Below are positions 34,593 through 47,100 of a stretch of 64,000 nucleotides of DNA, piece after piece. The position numbers and the translations under genes were made by a program. The DNA is from Squalus acanthias. Taxonomy: Eukaryota. The stretch lies in the NCBI GenBank assembly GCA_030390025.1, contig CM059431.1, forward strand, positions 115,260,001 to 115,324,000, given 5' to 3'. Positions within the stretch are counted from its first letter, which is position 1; the number at the start of each line of letters is the position of its first letter. The notes below the pieces were generated by a model. That model worked only from the letters and a program-made list of their open reading frames with translations, did no database searches and was not told where the DNA came from.

Positions 34593-37197
34593 GTACATTC
34601 CCCTTCACACACCTTTGATGGCTTCCCCCATACACACCCCTTTTTTATTGAATTCTAAGTGCAGCGGGTAAAGATGCACACTACCTACCTGTGGAGACAA
34701 CATATAATACTTAACTGCTTTAAAGCTCTATTTTAAACATCCAGTTAACCAGCGAGTGATTTGTATATTGGGAATTTAGTAATGATTTTCTTGCCATGGC
34801 TGGCAAATGGACTGAGACTTCCCAACAGTTTGAGCATGATCAATAAATCTCTATCCATGTTTCAACGCACCCGGTGGAGATTGCAAGACTGTGATAAACA
34901 GGTTTTCTATGCAGTGCAAGATTCATGTAGGTACATTGTAGTATAGTGAAACAATAACCACTTCCAAAAGACTTACTCATTCTAATTAAGCAAATCAACA
35001 TGAGAGAAGAAAGGACAGCCAACATGAATTAAGGAGACTAGAGTCAGGTTTTAAGTCAAACCAGTGGTGAATTACTACTTACCGCGTGGCTGCATATTAA
35101 TTGCTAGGATTACAATTTTGTTCTGAAGGCATTTGAAATAAAGATTTTCCAGCTCAGTGGAGTCAGAAGTAGCAGACAGCTTTATTCATTCTGACTTTAA
35201 ATTCTCTGCTTGTTTATATATACTATATAATATATATATACACACACTCGTAAGATGCCATGGTCAAATGATGGAATATAAGGGCCCAGAAACTTTGGGT
35301 GTGGCGGGGTTGGGGACAGGAATTTAGGGACATATTTTTGCACCTTCCTGGCTCCTATGCTATGATGTCATAGTTGGAGGTGAGATTGGCAGGATGCCAG
35401 GTTCCGCTGGAATTCAGACCAGTTCTGCTCAGTGTATGTATGGCCCACTGTAAGTACACCTGTACAAAATTATCATGCTTGCTGTAAATGGGTCCCACAA
35501 TGCCATGTGCAAATAGCAATCAATCTCAGAGAGGCACAGCACCGTGAGAGCAACCAGATTACTTAAAATGTTAAACTTTCCACACTCAGACCAGACTGGC
35601 TTGTCCCCAGCCACCCCACCCCCTCAACTCTCCCACATTGACAGAGCTTCCAGGTGGCACTCTGTGATTTCAGTGCCTCCGTGGAGACCCAAGTAATGCT
35701 GTAAACGGCCTGGGCACCCACCCCATTATACAGATGATGCTGTCCTCGGGATTTGGAATGGGATCAGGGCAAAGGCAGACGGGCAAGCAGAAGTTCCTCC
35801 CAACTATACTTCCAGCAACAACGAGGAACTCCTGGAAGTTCTTGGCTAAGCTTTTCCCCACACGTAAAACAGACTCGGGAGACTTCAGAAACTCACTCCA
35901 CAGAGCCACCTAGCAATTGCATTGTAATGGTTGACATAGCCAAACTGAATGGGAAATATTGACAGATCAATTTACAATGGTGTTGACATAAAAGCATGAC
36001 CAATAATTGTGACAACTGAATCTAAGGATTATGGAGAGGAAGTGAATGCCATATGCAAAATTTTAGATATGTAAATACATGCACTCATAATAGATTATGA
36101 AAGCAAAAAAGCAGAGTTACAGTAGCACCTATAAATTCCCAGAGGGATTGCCTTTAACCCTGTTCCTTAGTAAGCAGCCATGTAGAAGTATTGTTCAAAT
36201 TAAAAAAAAGAGAACTGCACAGCCTACTAGAAATACAAGCACTCAAGGATGATTTAATAGCGATATTACTAATAACTGGAACTGCAATAATTGTCAGTCA
36301 AAAGCCATGCTAGATACAGTACGACAGACTGTATGAATTATATCAGAGAATGACAGCCAGATAGTGTTAACATAAAACATTCCAACTTCAGTGACATATA
36401 TCTGGTTCAGCTCACATTGCTGGGATAAGCCACATTGCTTGGCATACCATTATTACATTTCCAGATTATTTTTTTGGTTGCATAATTTAAAAAAAAAATC
36501 ACTTAAAAAAAAAGCCATTACGTGCGAGGATTCTCAGACAATAAAAGATTTGTGGTGGTGCAGCATTCCAGAATGAACTGGTTGGGTTTGCCTGTGCGCA
36601 CGGTGAACATCTGGTATACAGTACTGCGAGTTCAGTCATGGCACACAATCCAAGTGAAACATATGGTGCCCCTGTGTTCAAATCTATTCCATGCAAGCCT
36701 GCAAAATCATTCAGCAGTGTACAACTTCCAGATGCGAGGGTGGAATTTTTTTTATTTTTTTTTCCAGCTTTCTGCAATTGGCTGGAGTGCAGGAGGCAGG
36801 AGGAGGCTGATTTTTGTTCTGTAGTAGCACAATGCATAGGAAGAGAGTTTACAATTCCAGCTTGCTAAGAAAAAGCTGATGGAGCAACCATTTAAAAAAA
36901 AACAATCCCAAGGTTCAAACCCTTTCAGAAGTGGTGAAACATCCACATTCTTTTGTAATACTTTATATTATCAAACTCACTAGATGCCTGAAGAATGTTG
37001 TCAAGTAGTTGGCAGCGCTGCAAATAAAATAAATACTCCAGTCACATTAATGCAGGACATTCTCTGGAAAGACGTTACGAGTACAGCTGTGCTTGACCAG
37101 TCTGACCGTATAAAACTTCCGGCTGAAATGCAGAATAACTTGCTCGATTAAACAAGGAGTCTCAGCAACAGGACCCTTTTGTAAAGATCAAACAGTT

Positions 37198-37659
37198 AAA
37201 AGAAAGACTTGCATTTATATAGCGCCTTTCACGACCATCAGACGTCGCTTTACAGCCAATGAAGTACTTTTTTTGGAGTGTACTCACTGTTGTAATGTGG
37301 GAAACGCAGCAGCCAATTTGCAAGCTCCCACAAACAGCAATGTGATAATGACCAGATAATCTGTTTTTTTGTTGTTATGTTGGTTGAGGGATAAATATTG
37401 GCCAGGACACCAGGGATAACTCCCCTGCTCTTCTTCGAAATAGTGCCACGGGATCTTCTACGTCCACCCGAGAGAGCAGACGGGGCCTCGGTTTAATAAT
37501 GTCTCATCTGAAAGACAGCACCTCTGACAGAGCAGCACTCCCTCAGTACTGCACTGGAGTATCAGCCTGGTTTTATGTGCTCAAATCGCTGGAGTGGGAC
37601 TTGAACCTACAACCTTCTGACTCAGAGGTGAGTGTGCTACCCACTGAGCCACAGCTGAC
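37198..37659 (-). mobile_element. tRNA-derived DeuSINE-like element
   Basis: Full-length paralog of 8236-8685. Confidence 0.8.
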
Positions 37660-38305
37660 ACACTTACTGGGGAGAATTTTTATTTCTTTTTAAGCAAAGA
37701 GGACAAATAACATTGCCAGGGTATTGACTTACGAAACTTGGGAGCCTAAAAATGTGAAGAAGCTAAATTTTAACGCTCAGACACCTTGTTTTAATAATTG
37801 TATTTTCACTGACGTTAATTCAGTTCCCTAACACCACTGGGTTTAGGAACTCCTCGGAGCCCTTTTCCCCAGTTAGAAATGAATAAAGCAAAAGAACCTC
37901 TAAAGCCTGGAAATCTGGACCAAAGACAGAAAATGGTGGAAATGCACAGGAAGTGAGCCAGCACCTGCAGAGAAAAAAAAAAGGTGTTGATGTTCTGTGT
38001 AGTAATTCTGCAGTTCTGGGGAATAGTACTACTCAAAACATTAACCTGTATTTTCTCTTTTACAGATGCTGACTGGCCAGCTGTGTACGTCAGCACTTTC
38101 AATTTTTGTTCCCCAGTAAGGCTATCAGCACTTGCTGTTAAAGCATAAAAATAACTCACTGGCCCCTCCAAATCAATAAATAAAGCAACATTCATTGTAA
38201 AATGTAACATGTTGAGACCCGCTCTTTACTGAAGAGAAAACTACAATATTTCAAATTGCAAACTCGGGAGTCTGATGACTCCAATCGGATCATGTCTTAT
38301 ATATA

Positions 38306-38716
38306 GAAACATAGAATCTAGGAGCAGGAGTAGGCCATTCGGCCCGTCGAGCCTGCTCCACCATTCAATACGATCATGGCTGATCATCCAAATCCAGTAC
38401 CCTGTCCCCTGCTTTAATCCCCACAGTACACATATCCCACCCTACCCCCACGTATTTAATTCCCCCTACCATATCCCATCCTATCCCCATAACCCCACAT
38501 ATTTAATCCCCCCCTAACACTAAGGGTCAATTTATCATAGCCAAATCAACCTAACCCGCACATTTTTGGACTGTGGGAGGAAACCGGAGCACCCGGAGGA
38601 AACCCACGCAGACACGGGGAGAATGTGCAAACTCCACACAGACAGTCACCCGAGGTCAGATTCGAACCCGGGTCCCTGGCGCTGTGAAGCACCAGTGCTA
38701 ACCACTATGCCACCGT
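38306..38716 (-). mobile_element. HE1-like V-SINE with CR1-derived tail
   Basis: tRNA head (tggcatagtgg / ggttcgaatc), V-domain tgtggagtttgcacattctccccgtgtctgcgtgggtttcctccggg and CR1 3' end at 38306-38395. Confidence 0.85.
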
Positions 38717-39972
38717 GTTGCACACAAAAAAGCTGACGATGGCACTCAGATTTCTTGTAACTAATGGATTATTGTCAGGTACATATTGCTACCACTGGAG
38801 GTCAAAATGGCATTAATTTAAAATTATCACCAATTGATGAGCACATCCTGTCACATTTCTACCATACAAAATGTTCCCATTTTTAATTAAATATATATCT
38901 TTAAATTCACAAGAGTACTTTGTGTGGTAATATTTGACCTGTGCAGGATGGTAGCATTCATTATGCCAGTGGTGTTAACACACTTATTTATGACTCTGGA
39001 ACAGTCTTGTCCAAAGTGTGTTATTCACTCTGTTTATTTCAATAGCTTCAATGACCAGCAAATCTGCCTATTTTAAATCATTTTCCACCATCACACTGAA
39101 ACATAGGACCGTGTGTCCCGCAGCTTAATAATCAGCAAAATACACATTGACAACTGTGATTCCAGTACCAAGGTCTGATTATTCATTTTCCTGTAGCAGT
39201 GTCTGGAGGGGTAGGTCTGAAATGTTTCAGAAATGCTTTCAGTGCAGTGTTTTAGAGATAACGACCACTGCCAGAATTTTACACAAGATTATGCCTAATC
39301 TTTCCTTGATGTTACACAGTCAAACACATGGATCACTTTAGTTCAGCCAATGCAGCTCTGGAGATTCAAAATCAAAGTTATTCAAGTTTGAAGAATGGAG
39401 GCTATTAATTTTTGATATGGTATTTCCATTTCACTAATAGCTTTCACATTAGCAAAGACATTCTTTGAGATAGTACACTTCCTAAAATATCAATAAACCC
39501 CTAACCATAGTAAAGCTTCACAAACTGAAGTGGAGCCAACAGCTGGACTTACTTTAACCATGAAAACATAAAACTCATGATTTTATTTAACTTTTATATA
39601 GGTGTAGAGAATATATCATGGCTGGTTCTGAGGTGTGATAAATATCTACGCAGGCCAGTCTGATTAGATATGTCACAAATAACAAGGAGTTTAAGGTTTA
39701 TCTCACAAGGAGATTTTTTACCATGTCTTATCATTGGCCCTGATTTATTGGATTCATACCACAAGAGTAAAATATTATTTATAATATACTGAATGTGATT
39801 ATATCACGTCTGGAATTATGAAACATTTCTTCAGGTACCAGATCGCACATTAGGCATTAATAAATATCTAACAACCATTAACTAAACTTGTGTAAAAGTC
39901 AAAACATCTCTTCTAAAAAGTCAGATAGCAACAGCTCCAATTAAAAGTAACAGAATTCGCTCATTATTATAT

Positions 39973-40310
39973 CCTCTGATGACTCAGTGATACTGAGCTA
40001 TACAGACCAGGCCTGACTCCTGATCTCAGCTGAGGAAGCACTGAGATCCCAGTGTCTCTGGATCATAAAAACAACTGGTCAGTGTTCCCACCCCTAATCA
40101 TTACTCAGTGACCCTTGTTGGAAAGTGCACCTCTCTAAGTGAGGACTGGAATCGGCTCAGCTGTGATGTACCCCTATATTCAAAAGAGGTCACTGACACT
40201 TACTGGTTCCTAGTTCACTAAGGATAGTCACTTGGGCAAGATACCAGAGGGCTGTTGCTGCCTGTGGAACAGTATCCAGTATGAGTCGCCCTCTTCAGGA
40301 AAAGAATAAG
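39973..40310 (+). mobile_element. LF-SINE-like element
   Basis: Same motif order (tactgagc..tacagaccagg, ctgatctcagc, gacacttact, cacttgggcaagatacc). Confidence 0.55.
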
Positions 40311-40854
40311 AGGAGAAAAGTCAGCAAGAAAAATTAAAATAAGGTGGGGGTGGGGGAGGAAAGACTACATTCTTTAAACTAGTAGTGAATTTTAATTTAT
40401 TCCATTTTGATTTGTTGGGGTTTACAATTCAACACCATGAGATTCCTGCGATACTGATGTTAATGTGTAACAATGTCCAGCCTTCATACACCTCATCTAA
40501 CCGAAAACACAGCCCTCAGCATTTTCCGTGTACTATATAAAACTTCCTGTATCATAGCAGTGAATGGAGCACAAGAAAATGTAGTCTTTTATAAAACTGT
40601 AGATTGTACTTAGAACAAAAAGCCTTATAACGAGGATGATGCGTCCTTAATGTAGTAACATAAATATGTACAAAGGAGATACTTGAAAAGTCTTTTCACA
40701 AGTGGTTACCTAAAGTGAAAATATATTTGGAAACCGAGAGGATGTACTGCTCATCTTACTGATGACTGCACAGAGGATTCAAACACGTTTAGAGACAGCT
40801 TCCTCTTGTACCATGGGAGTAAAAAGAGCAGAAAAGACAAAGTAGTACACAGTT

Positions 40855-41847
40855 TGATTTCAAAACGTTAATATATTTTCTATTTTATAGTGAACATATG
40901 CATCTGACTTGTATCACCCTCATTTTCAGTAACTATGACGTTCCCATTTTTAAAAAAAAGGGTGAATTTGTAAGATGCCTTTTAAAATAAATATTTTATA
41001 AAATAATAAAACTTCAAATAAATATTCTTTACACTAAACAATATGTTGAAAAATTAGAAAATAAAGACTGAATTTATGGTAACTGTACAATATACATGAT
41101 GTCAGGGGGTATCATGAGTGACGTAATGGTGAATTTTGTAAGGTGAAATATAGCCTAAACATACTGATCGACTGATTCACATTTGTCTGAATGTACAACA
41201 CATTAGTATAATATTTTGTAAATCTGCCATTTATATGGCACCATTTTCACAGTCTTAATATTATTGTATATACAAAAATATAACAAATTAACTCTGGCAG
41301 CAAAAAAAATGAGCAATTTGCTAATTTACATATTCTGCAAGAAGTATTCACATACAATACAGAAAGACCAGGGAGTGTCATTGCGTTACCTGTAGCTTTA
41401 GCTTATGCTGTTTCAAAAACAATGGATATTGTGCATCCTGTTTGATCTCACTGATTGGATGTTTTCCATTCTCTTGTGTATCAGTTAAGAGAGATGGAGA
41501 AAACAGGGTCAACAGTGTTATCGCTGCAAACCACAACAGTCCTCCCAAACTCCAGGGAATTACAGTGCCACTATTACACACACAAAAAAAATAGACGGGT
41601 ACGTCATGCTGGTCAACTAAAAGACAAGCCCAAGCACAATGGGAGATACCTTTTTCTTTAAAAAAAAAAAGACCATCTTAATGGCTGTAGATTGTGTGGT
41701 TTACATCTATTAAGGCAGTCAGATAAAAGGTATACAGCATTGTGCTCAGTGCTAGTATTGTAAATGCATTTCTTCTCCTCATACTACCAATGTACAGAAT
41801 AAAAGTGTTGAGAACTAGCACTGAAAATAGTACTCTCTCCTTTTCAG
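40855..41847 (-). other. SPRY2: SPRY2 3'UTR
   Basis: AU-rich, repeat-free sequence after the stop, with ATTTA motifs, a TGTATATA Pumilio element and miRNA seed sites. The end (GATGCATATG...TATAAAATAGAAAATATATTAACG) resembles the mammalian SPRY2 mRNA end as I recall it; the exact cleavage site is uncertain. Confidence 0.65.
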
Positions 41848-42813
41848 CTAGGAGGGCTTCTCAAGATTCCGAGGAGGTAAGTTGGGAACCTTGCAGCAAA
41901 CTGTGTTTGAATTTTTGCAACGGCACCCAGGACGGTTAATCCTATCGTAGCACCCCTGGCACAACTTAAGGCAGCCCTTGGCAGGCAGGTAACACCACAG
42001 GCAGGGCATAAAGAGGGACATAAGGCCCATGGCTGACCACCGGGCACAGCAATGTGACTGGCTGCAGGAGCACGGGTTATCTGCACAGCTGTCTTCGTCG
42101 TCATAGTTCGAGCAGTGGTAAAAGACACCCTTCACAAAGCAGACACAGGTCCCATACTCAACCACATTCTGCGCCGAACAGAAGCATCGCTTGTCGCAGA
42201 GCCAATAGGAAGGTAGAGTCCTTGGATAAGTGCATTCCTCACACTTACACTTCCCACAGTCTTCACATCGGTAGATGTGTTTGCCCAATTCTTCTTTCCC
42301 CAGAGGTTTCAGTTCATCAGATTTAAATTCCGGTTTGGGCTGTACCCTGATTATCCGATCAGAGACATGGCCAGGTGATGTGGAGGAAGGTCCCAGAAGC
42401 CTCTGGTCAGAAGATGTACTACTTGTACTTGTCCTTGTGCTACTCCGAGAACCTGTACTCACAGTGCTAGTTGACCGAGTTAAAGGCGCCCTCGATGAAG
42501 AATGCATGTGATGATGCTGACTGCGGCTGTTAAACCGCTGATGCTCTTGGTCGTGATTTAATCCAGACATCCTCTCATTTTTGTGCTGCGAAGGTGGTCG
42601 GTGCACAGACTTGCTCCCAGGCCTTGGAGCAACAGTAGGTCCCTCTGTGTACTCATTAGTGGCTCTTATAATTCGGATCTGATCGAGCGACAACACTTGA
42701 ACCTGCTGTGGCTGTACATCCCTGGGGTCAGGTTCCACGTGTTGCCTTCCACTGTCACGCAGCAATTGTAGCAGGGCTGGAGAACCACTGCCATTGTGAG
42801 TTCGCGTATCCAT
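41848..42813 (-). CDS. SPRY2: Protein sprouty homolog 2 (321 aa), RTK/FGF-ERK feedback inhibitor; whole CDS in one exon
   Basis: N-terminal NEYTEGP Cbl-binding tyrosine motif, Ser/Thr-rich region ([19 protein letters not shown]), Cys-rich Sprouty domain (CEDCGKCKC...CCARW...[11 protein letters not shown]...RPGCRCK) and the C-terminal PxxPxR motif (PNLPPR) characteristic of SPRY2. ATG at 42811-42813, TAG at 41848-41850. Confidence 0.97.
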   Translation of the reverse strand: MDTRTHNGSGSPALLQLLRDSGRQHVEPDPRDVQPQQVQVLSLDQIRIIRATNEYTEGPTVAPRPGSKSVHRPPSQHKNERMSGLNHDQEHQRFNSRSQHHHMHSSSRAPLTRSTSTVSTGSRSSTRTSTSSTSSDQRLLGPSSTSPGHVSDRIIRVQPKPEFKSDELKPLGKEELGKHIYRCEDCGKCKCEECTYPRTLPSYWLCDKRCFCSAQNVVEYGTCVCFVKGVFYHCSNYDDEDSCADNPCSCSQSHCCARWSAMGLMSLFMPCLWCYLPAKGCLKLCQGCYDRINRPGCRCKNSNTVCCKVPNLPPRNLEKPS

Positions 42814-42856
42814 CTGTACACTGAAGAGTGATCACTCCAGCAGGCTTAGAACACAT
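42755..42856 (-). other. Overlapping out-of-frame upstream ORF (33 aa, [33 protein letters not shown])
   Basis: ATG at 42854-42856 lies 43 nt upstream of the main ATG; the frame is open to TGA at 42755-42757. Confidence 0.7.
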
Positions 42857-42864
42857 CTGAAGTC
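42814..42864 (-). other. SPRY2: SPRY2 exon 2 5'UTR portion, following the splice acceptor
   Basis: Minus strand reads tttttttctctgttttatgacag|GACTTCAGATGTG..., a pyrimidine tract plus AG (42865-42866) 51 nt before the ATG. Confidence 0.85.
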
Positions 42865-45282
42865 CTGTCATAAAACAGAGAAAAAAAATTAAGTATTTTA
42901 TGCAAAAATATTCAGCACTTTATGCAAAGTAACAAAAAAAATCATTGCCTCATTATTGGTGCACCAAGATTATAAATAAGCGATAGGTATTTTCATTCTT
43001 GCATGCAGCAGGGCTAAAATGTATACGGCTGGGCATGTTCTGACATTTATATATTTTCCCTTCAGCAATTTCATGATTCCTCCCCCCCACCCCCCCTCCC
43101 CCCACCACCCCCCCTCCCCTTGTGAATAACAAGCACCATTGATTTACTGGATTTTTGTTTCTTAAAATCATTGACACTCAGTATGAAGACAGGGAAACAG
43201 CCAAAACCAGCCCAGGCAATGAATGCCAAAAAAAATGAGTTGCCTTCCAACTCAAAAGGTTATTACAAACTTTTCAGTCTACAGGCACTTTTAGAACTTT
43301 CAACTGATCATTTAAATAAAAGGTATGCATTTTGGGATCAAGTGTGAAGCACTACTATTAAAACTACAAACTTCACGAGCCCTGCACATTTTAATTTTGA
43401 TAGCTGGATATGGAAGCAGTAATAGATATGTTAATGGATGATTCTCAGTCTGAAGTCCTGCAACAAGATAGCAGCTTGGCTCTTCACTCAGAAAGCAATT
43501 GACCAAAATGTTCTTCATGCTTAATGCAATTCCAGTGTGCAGAGTTTGGAACTCTACCAGAGCTAATTAAAAACACAATTCCTGTAGAACAGGACCTTGA
43601 GAGTACCACAGCAAACAGAAGATCCAGCAGAACAGATATCTGTTTAGTAGTTTGGAGATTTTTTTAAAATAACAAGTCAAGAAGGATGCAATCTAGCCTA
43701 CAATGCACAATAACCTGTGGAAAGTATGCAAAGTTCTCTGTCCTGGAAATCATTGATTACTGACAAGAGGCACTGGGCTTTTACCTTGCAGATTTTAATA
43801 CTATTTAAGTGTTCTTCTTTCTCCCTAGCGCCTCCTCCTGTGAAATGCCAAAATGCTTCCCCCCGAGCTGCTGGGCTCTGACCTCAGACATGCCCTTACT
43901 GCCCCTTTGCCTCACTGCTGACTTCAGCAATTTCCCCACAGGCCTCAGTCCACATATTGGGCTGTGTGAAGTCATTCCCATCCATAGGGAAAACCAGCGC
44001 TGTCATTTGGATGCTGTGCTTTACTACAGGTAGGTGCACCAGTTTGCAGTGAGTGATAATAGAAGGGAGACTAAGAGGGGAGAAAATATCTGCATGTGGC
44101 AACATACACAGGGAAAAATATCAAAAGGAGGAAACACAGTTTCTTTTTATAGATCCATTAAGTGAAACAAACAGGGACATTAAGTATAGCTTGCTAGCTA
44201 AATGTAACTGCCAAAACCATTCTGCTGCAGTCAATTTAGCTGCTGCTTAATTTTGGTGGCAAGTACTGCACACTTTGCTGCTTGTTAGCACGTCTATTTC
44301 TAGGTTCTGCTGAAAGTTTTTAACCAATGAACTAGTAAAACTATGTTTAGCTTCATCCCCTCCATAAATAAATAACTTGAAATAGGAGCCCTACAAATTT
44401 AATGAAAAGGAATAAGACCTGCAAGAAAGACATAAAACAAAATTCAACTGAAGTGAAGTGATAAAATGAAGTGAAAGGGGTGAAAGAGCAAAACAAACTT
44501 GGGACTGTACTCCTTATAATGTTAACTGGGATTCTCAGAAATCCGGGCAGGGGGTCTTGGGCTGCTTAAATCGTTGGCCACGTACTATAAAGCTGGGAAG
44601 GCTGTTGACACAAACCACACTGGCTCAGTCTGTGCAGCATTTTAATATCCAAACGACTCCGTTCAGAAAGGGCATTATTTTCTGACGGTTGCGCGCTTCT
44701 CGCGAAAATATTCAAGTGCCATTCCGCTTAATAGTAGCCGCATTTTAAAGGAGTGGGGAAGAGGAAACATGTTTAGGGTCTTCAGATTTAACTTGGGAGG
44801 CCATTCCCAAGCAATACATTCTTTATCGCACTCATCTTTACCAAAATCTGCCATCAACGTCAAACCCTGAACAATATGTATATTGTGGGTGAGGTTTTAT
44901 GCACGGATCATTCACCATGAAAAGGAAATCGTGACAACTTCCATATGCAACGACTGCAGAGAGCAGGCTGCAAATGGGATTACAATCCGCCACTTGCGCC
45001 AACTCATTCAGTTCTCTTGACTTGAGGTGAAGTTTTTTTTTGGAAGGGAAAAAAAAAATCTTGAAACACGATTTTTTTTTTGGTTCGGCCCGACTTCCTT
45101 CCCTTTTCCTCTTCATAATAAATAACATCAAACACGTGGAAAGTTTGAGCAGGACCCGCTCCTTTCGCAAACATGCAAGCGGATAAGGGGGCGGGGGAGG
45201 CGGCGGCGCGGAGCGGGATCGAGCTCCAACCGCAGGCGCAACTTGTGCAGGAGAGGCTTCTCCCCGCCTCAGACCCAGCGGC

Positions 45283-45647
45283 CCGGGGGAGGGGGAGGGA
45301 ATGAGGGGTGAAGAGGGGGGAGGGAATGGGGGGGTGAAGAGGGGGGAGGGAATGGGGGGGGTGAAGAGGGAGGAGGGGGGTGAAGAGGGGGGGGAGGAGG
45401 AGGGAGGGGAAGGAGGAGGGAGGGAAGGAGGAAGAGAGGAGGAGGGGAGAAGAGGAGGAGGGGGGGAGAAGAGGAGGAGGAGGAGGGGAAAGGGAGAAGA
45501 GGAGGAGGAGGGGAAAGGGAGAAGAGGAGGGAGGAGGAGGAGGAGGGGAAAGGGAGAAGAGGAGGAGGAGGAGGAGGAGGGAAGAGGAGGGGAAAGAGGA
45601 GGAGAAGGAAGAGGAGGGGAAAGAGGAGGGAGGAGGAGGAGGAGGGC
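45283..45647. repeat. Polypurine (GGA/GAG-rich) low-complexity tract in SPRY2 intron 1
   Basis: About 365 bp of almost only G and A on the plus strand, beside a CpG-rich patch (45080-45290). Confidence 0.95.
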
Positions 45648-46332
45648 AGTGTGACCGGGCCGAGGGGTCCCTGCAAAAAGATCCACACTCCCCTCTCAAC
45701 ATCACCATCGGGCGGGCCATCGTATGTTAAAACCGCTTCCGAAACCAGATTTTTTTAATTTTTATTACCTTGTTAAAACAAAATACAACCTGGATTTTTC
45801 CACACACTTGCATCATAACCGGCCCCTGTTTAAATGCAACGGTATCAGCTCCTAGTGTCAACTCTCAGCACTTTTCTTAACTTCCCTCTCTCTCTATGCA
45901 CACACACACACATTCAAAATGTTATTTATTTTAAAAATAAATCTGGTAAATTCAATCCGAATAGCCCATCTTGTCAAGATTTTCTGTGCATTTCTTTTTG
46001 AAGCGTGCCTATCACTGCAGTTAAATCAAACGGATCGCAAAAATAAAAACACCGAGTCAAGAAAGTGCAGCAATGTTTTTAGTAGAGCCGGGATATGTTG
46101 GGAAAAAAAATCCTTCCCAACATATCCCGGCTCTACACCCCCCTGAACCACCCAGTACAATGACGCGGAGTTGGGTGCCAGAAACTATATTTTGTTTAGT
46201 GTTTTACAAATTAGCTATCTCGGAATAAAAAAAGCAAACGCGCTCAACAGTGTAACATGCTAATATAAAAATTATAAATAAATGTGTATTTGCGTTTGAA
46301 GTTCTATAACATACAATATATATATATTATAC

Positions 46333-46637
46333 AGTGCCCCATGCCTTTTTAAAGAGTGCCCCCCAATGCCTTTTTAAAGAGTGCCCCCCAATGCCTTTTT
46401 AGAGTGCCCCCCATGCCTTTTTAGAGTGCCCCCCAATGCCTTTTTAGAGTGCCCCCCAATGCCTTTTTAGAGAGTGCCCCCCAATGCCTTTTTAGAGAGT
46501 GCCCCCCATGCCTTTTTAAAGAATTCCCCCCAATGCCTTTTTAAATAATTCCCCCAATGCCTTTTTAAAGAATTCCCCCCAATGCCTTTTTAAATAATTC
46601 CCCCCATGCCTTTTTAAAGAGTGCCCCCCAATGCATT
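46333..46637. repeat. Minisatellite, about 13 units of 22-25 bp (agagtgccccccaatgccttttt[aa])
   Basis: Directly visible tandem array at the start of SPRY2 intron 1. Confidence 0.95.
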
Positions 46638-46673
46638 TTCTTCATACAAGTTAAAAGTTCTTCTTTAACTCAC

Positions 46674-47100
46674 CGTGGTCGCGGCGCTCCACTAACTCCT
46701 CTCCCTCGGTTTATGTGTGCGAATAGAAGCAAAAGCCCCACAAAAAAAGAGACGCCGATCCAAATTCCAGCGAAGATCAGCCCCGGCTATCTGTAAAAGC
46801 ATCCAACGGAGGCGAGGGGGGGGGGGGGGGTCGAGGGGAGGGGAGGTGAGGGAGGGGGAGGGTGGGGGGGAAGCAACAGGACCTGTCCGATCGACGATCA
46901 CAACAGCAGCCGATCGATCACCACCAGTCTTAAGGTTTTTTTAAGGGGAGGAGGGGGGAAGGAAAGAAAAATCCTTTTTTTTTCTGAATGAAGCCAGCAG
47001 AAACAGACACGAGGGCGGACGCGCACACACACGCACTCACTCCACTCAGCTAGGGGGGAAAAATGTCAATGTAGCAACTTTGCAGAAGGAAATCAGGCGC
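46674..47100 (-). other. SPRY2: Probable non-coding exon 1 of SPRY2 (TSS approximate)
   Basis: CpG-rich stretch ending in the consensus donor ACG|gtgagt (46668-46673, minus). Matches the two-exon Sprouty layout; implied intron is 42865-46673. Confidence 0.65.

Noticed and set aside
38640..38716. tRNA genes here and at about 8615-8685, 37590-37659 and 5953-6040
   Set aside because: The A/B boxes are SINE heads attached to SINE bodies and LINE-derived tails.
42054..42771. Plus-strand ORFs antisense to SPRY2
   Set aside because: Short shadow frames of the real CDS.
44575..44600. Plus-strand TATAAA next to CACGT as an antisense or hypoxia-responsive promoter
   Set aside because: Short motifs expected by chance; nothing else supports it.
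44838..45730. Long Pro/Ser/Leu- and Gly/Glu/Arg-rich ORFs (up to 282 aa) on both strands
   Set aside because: Artefacts of the stop-free polypurine tract in SPRY2 intron 1; no domain signal.
46333..46637. CRISPR-like array
   Set aside because: Contiguous tandem units with no unique spacers, no cas genes, and vertebrate context.
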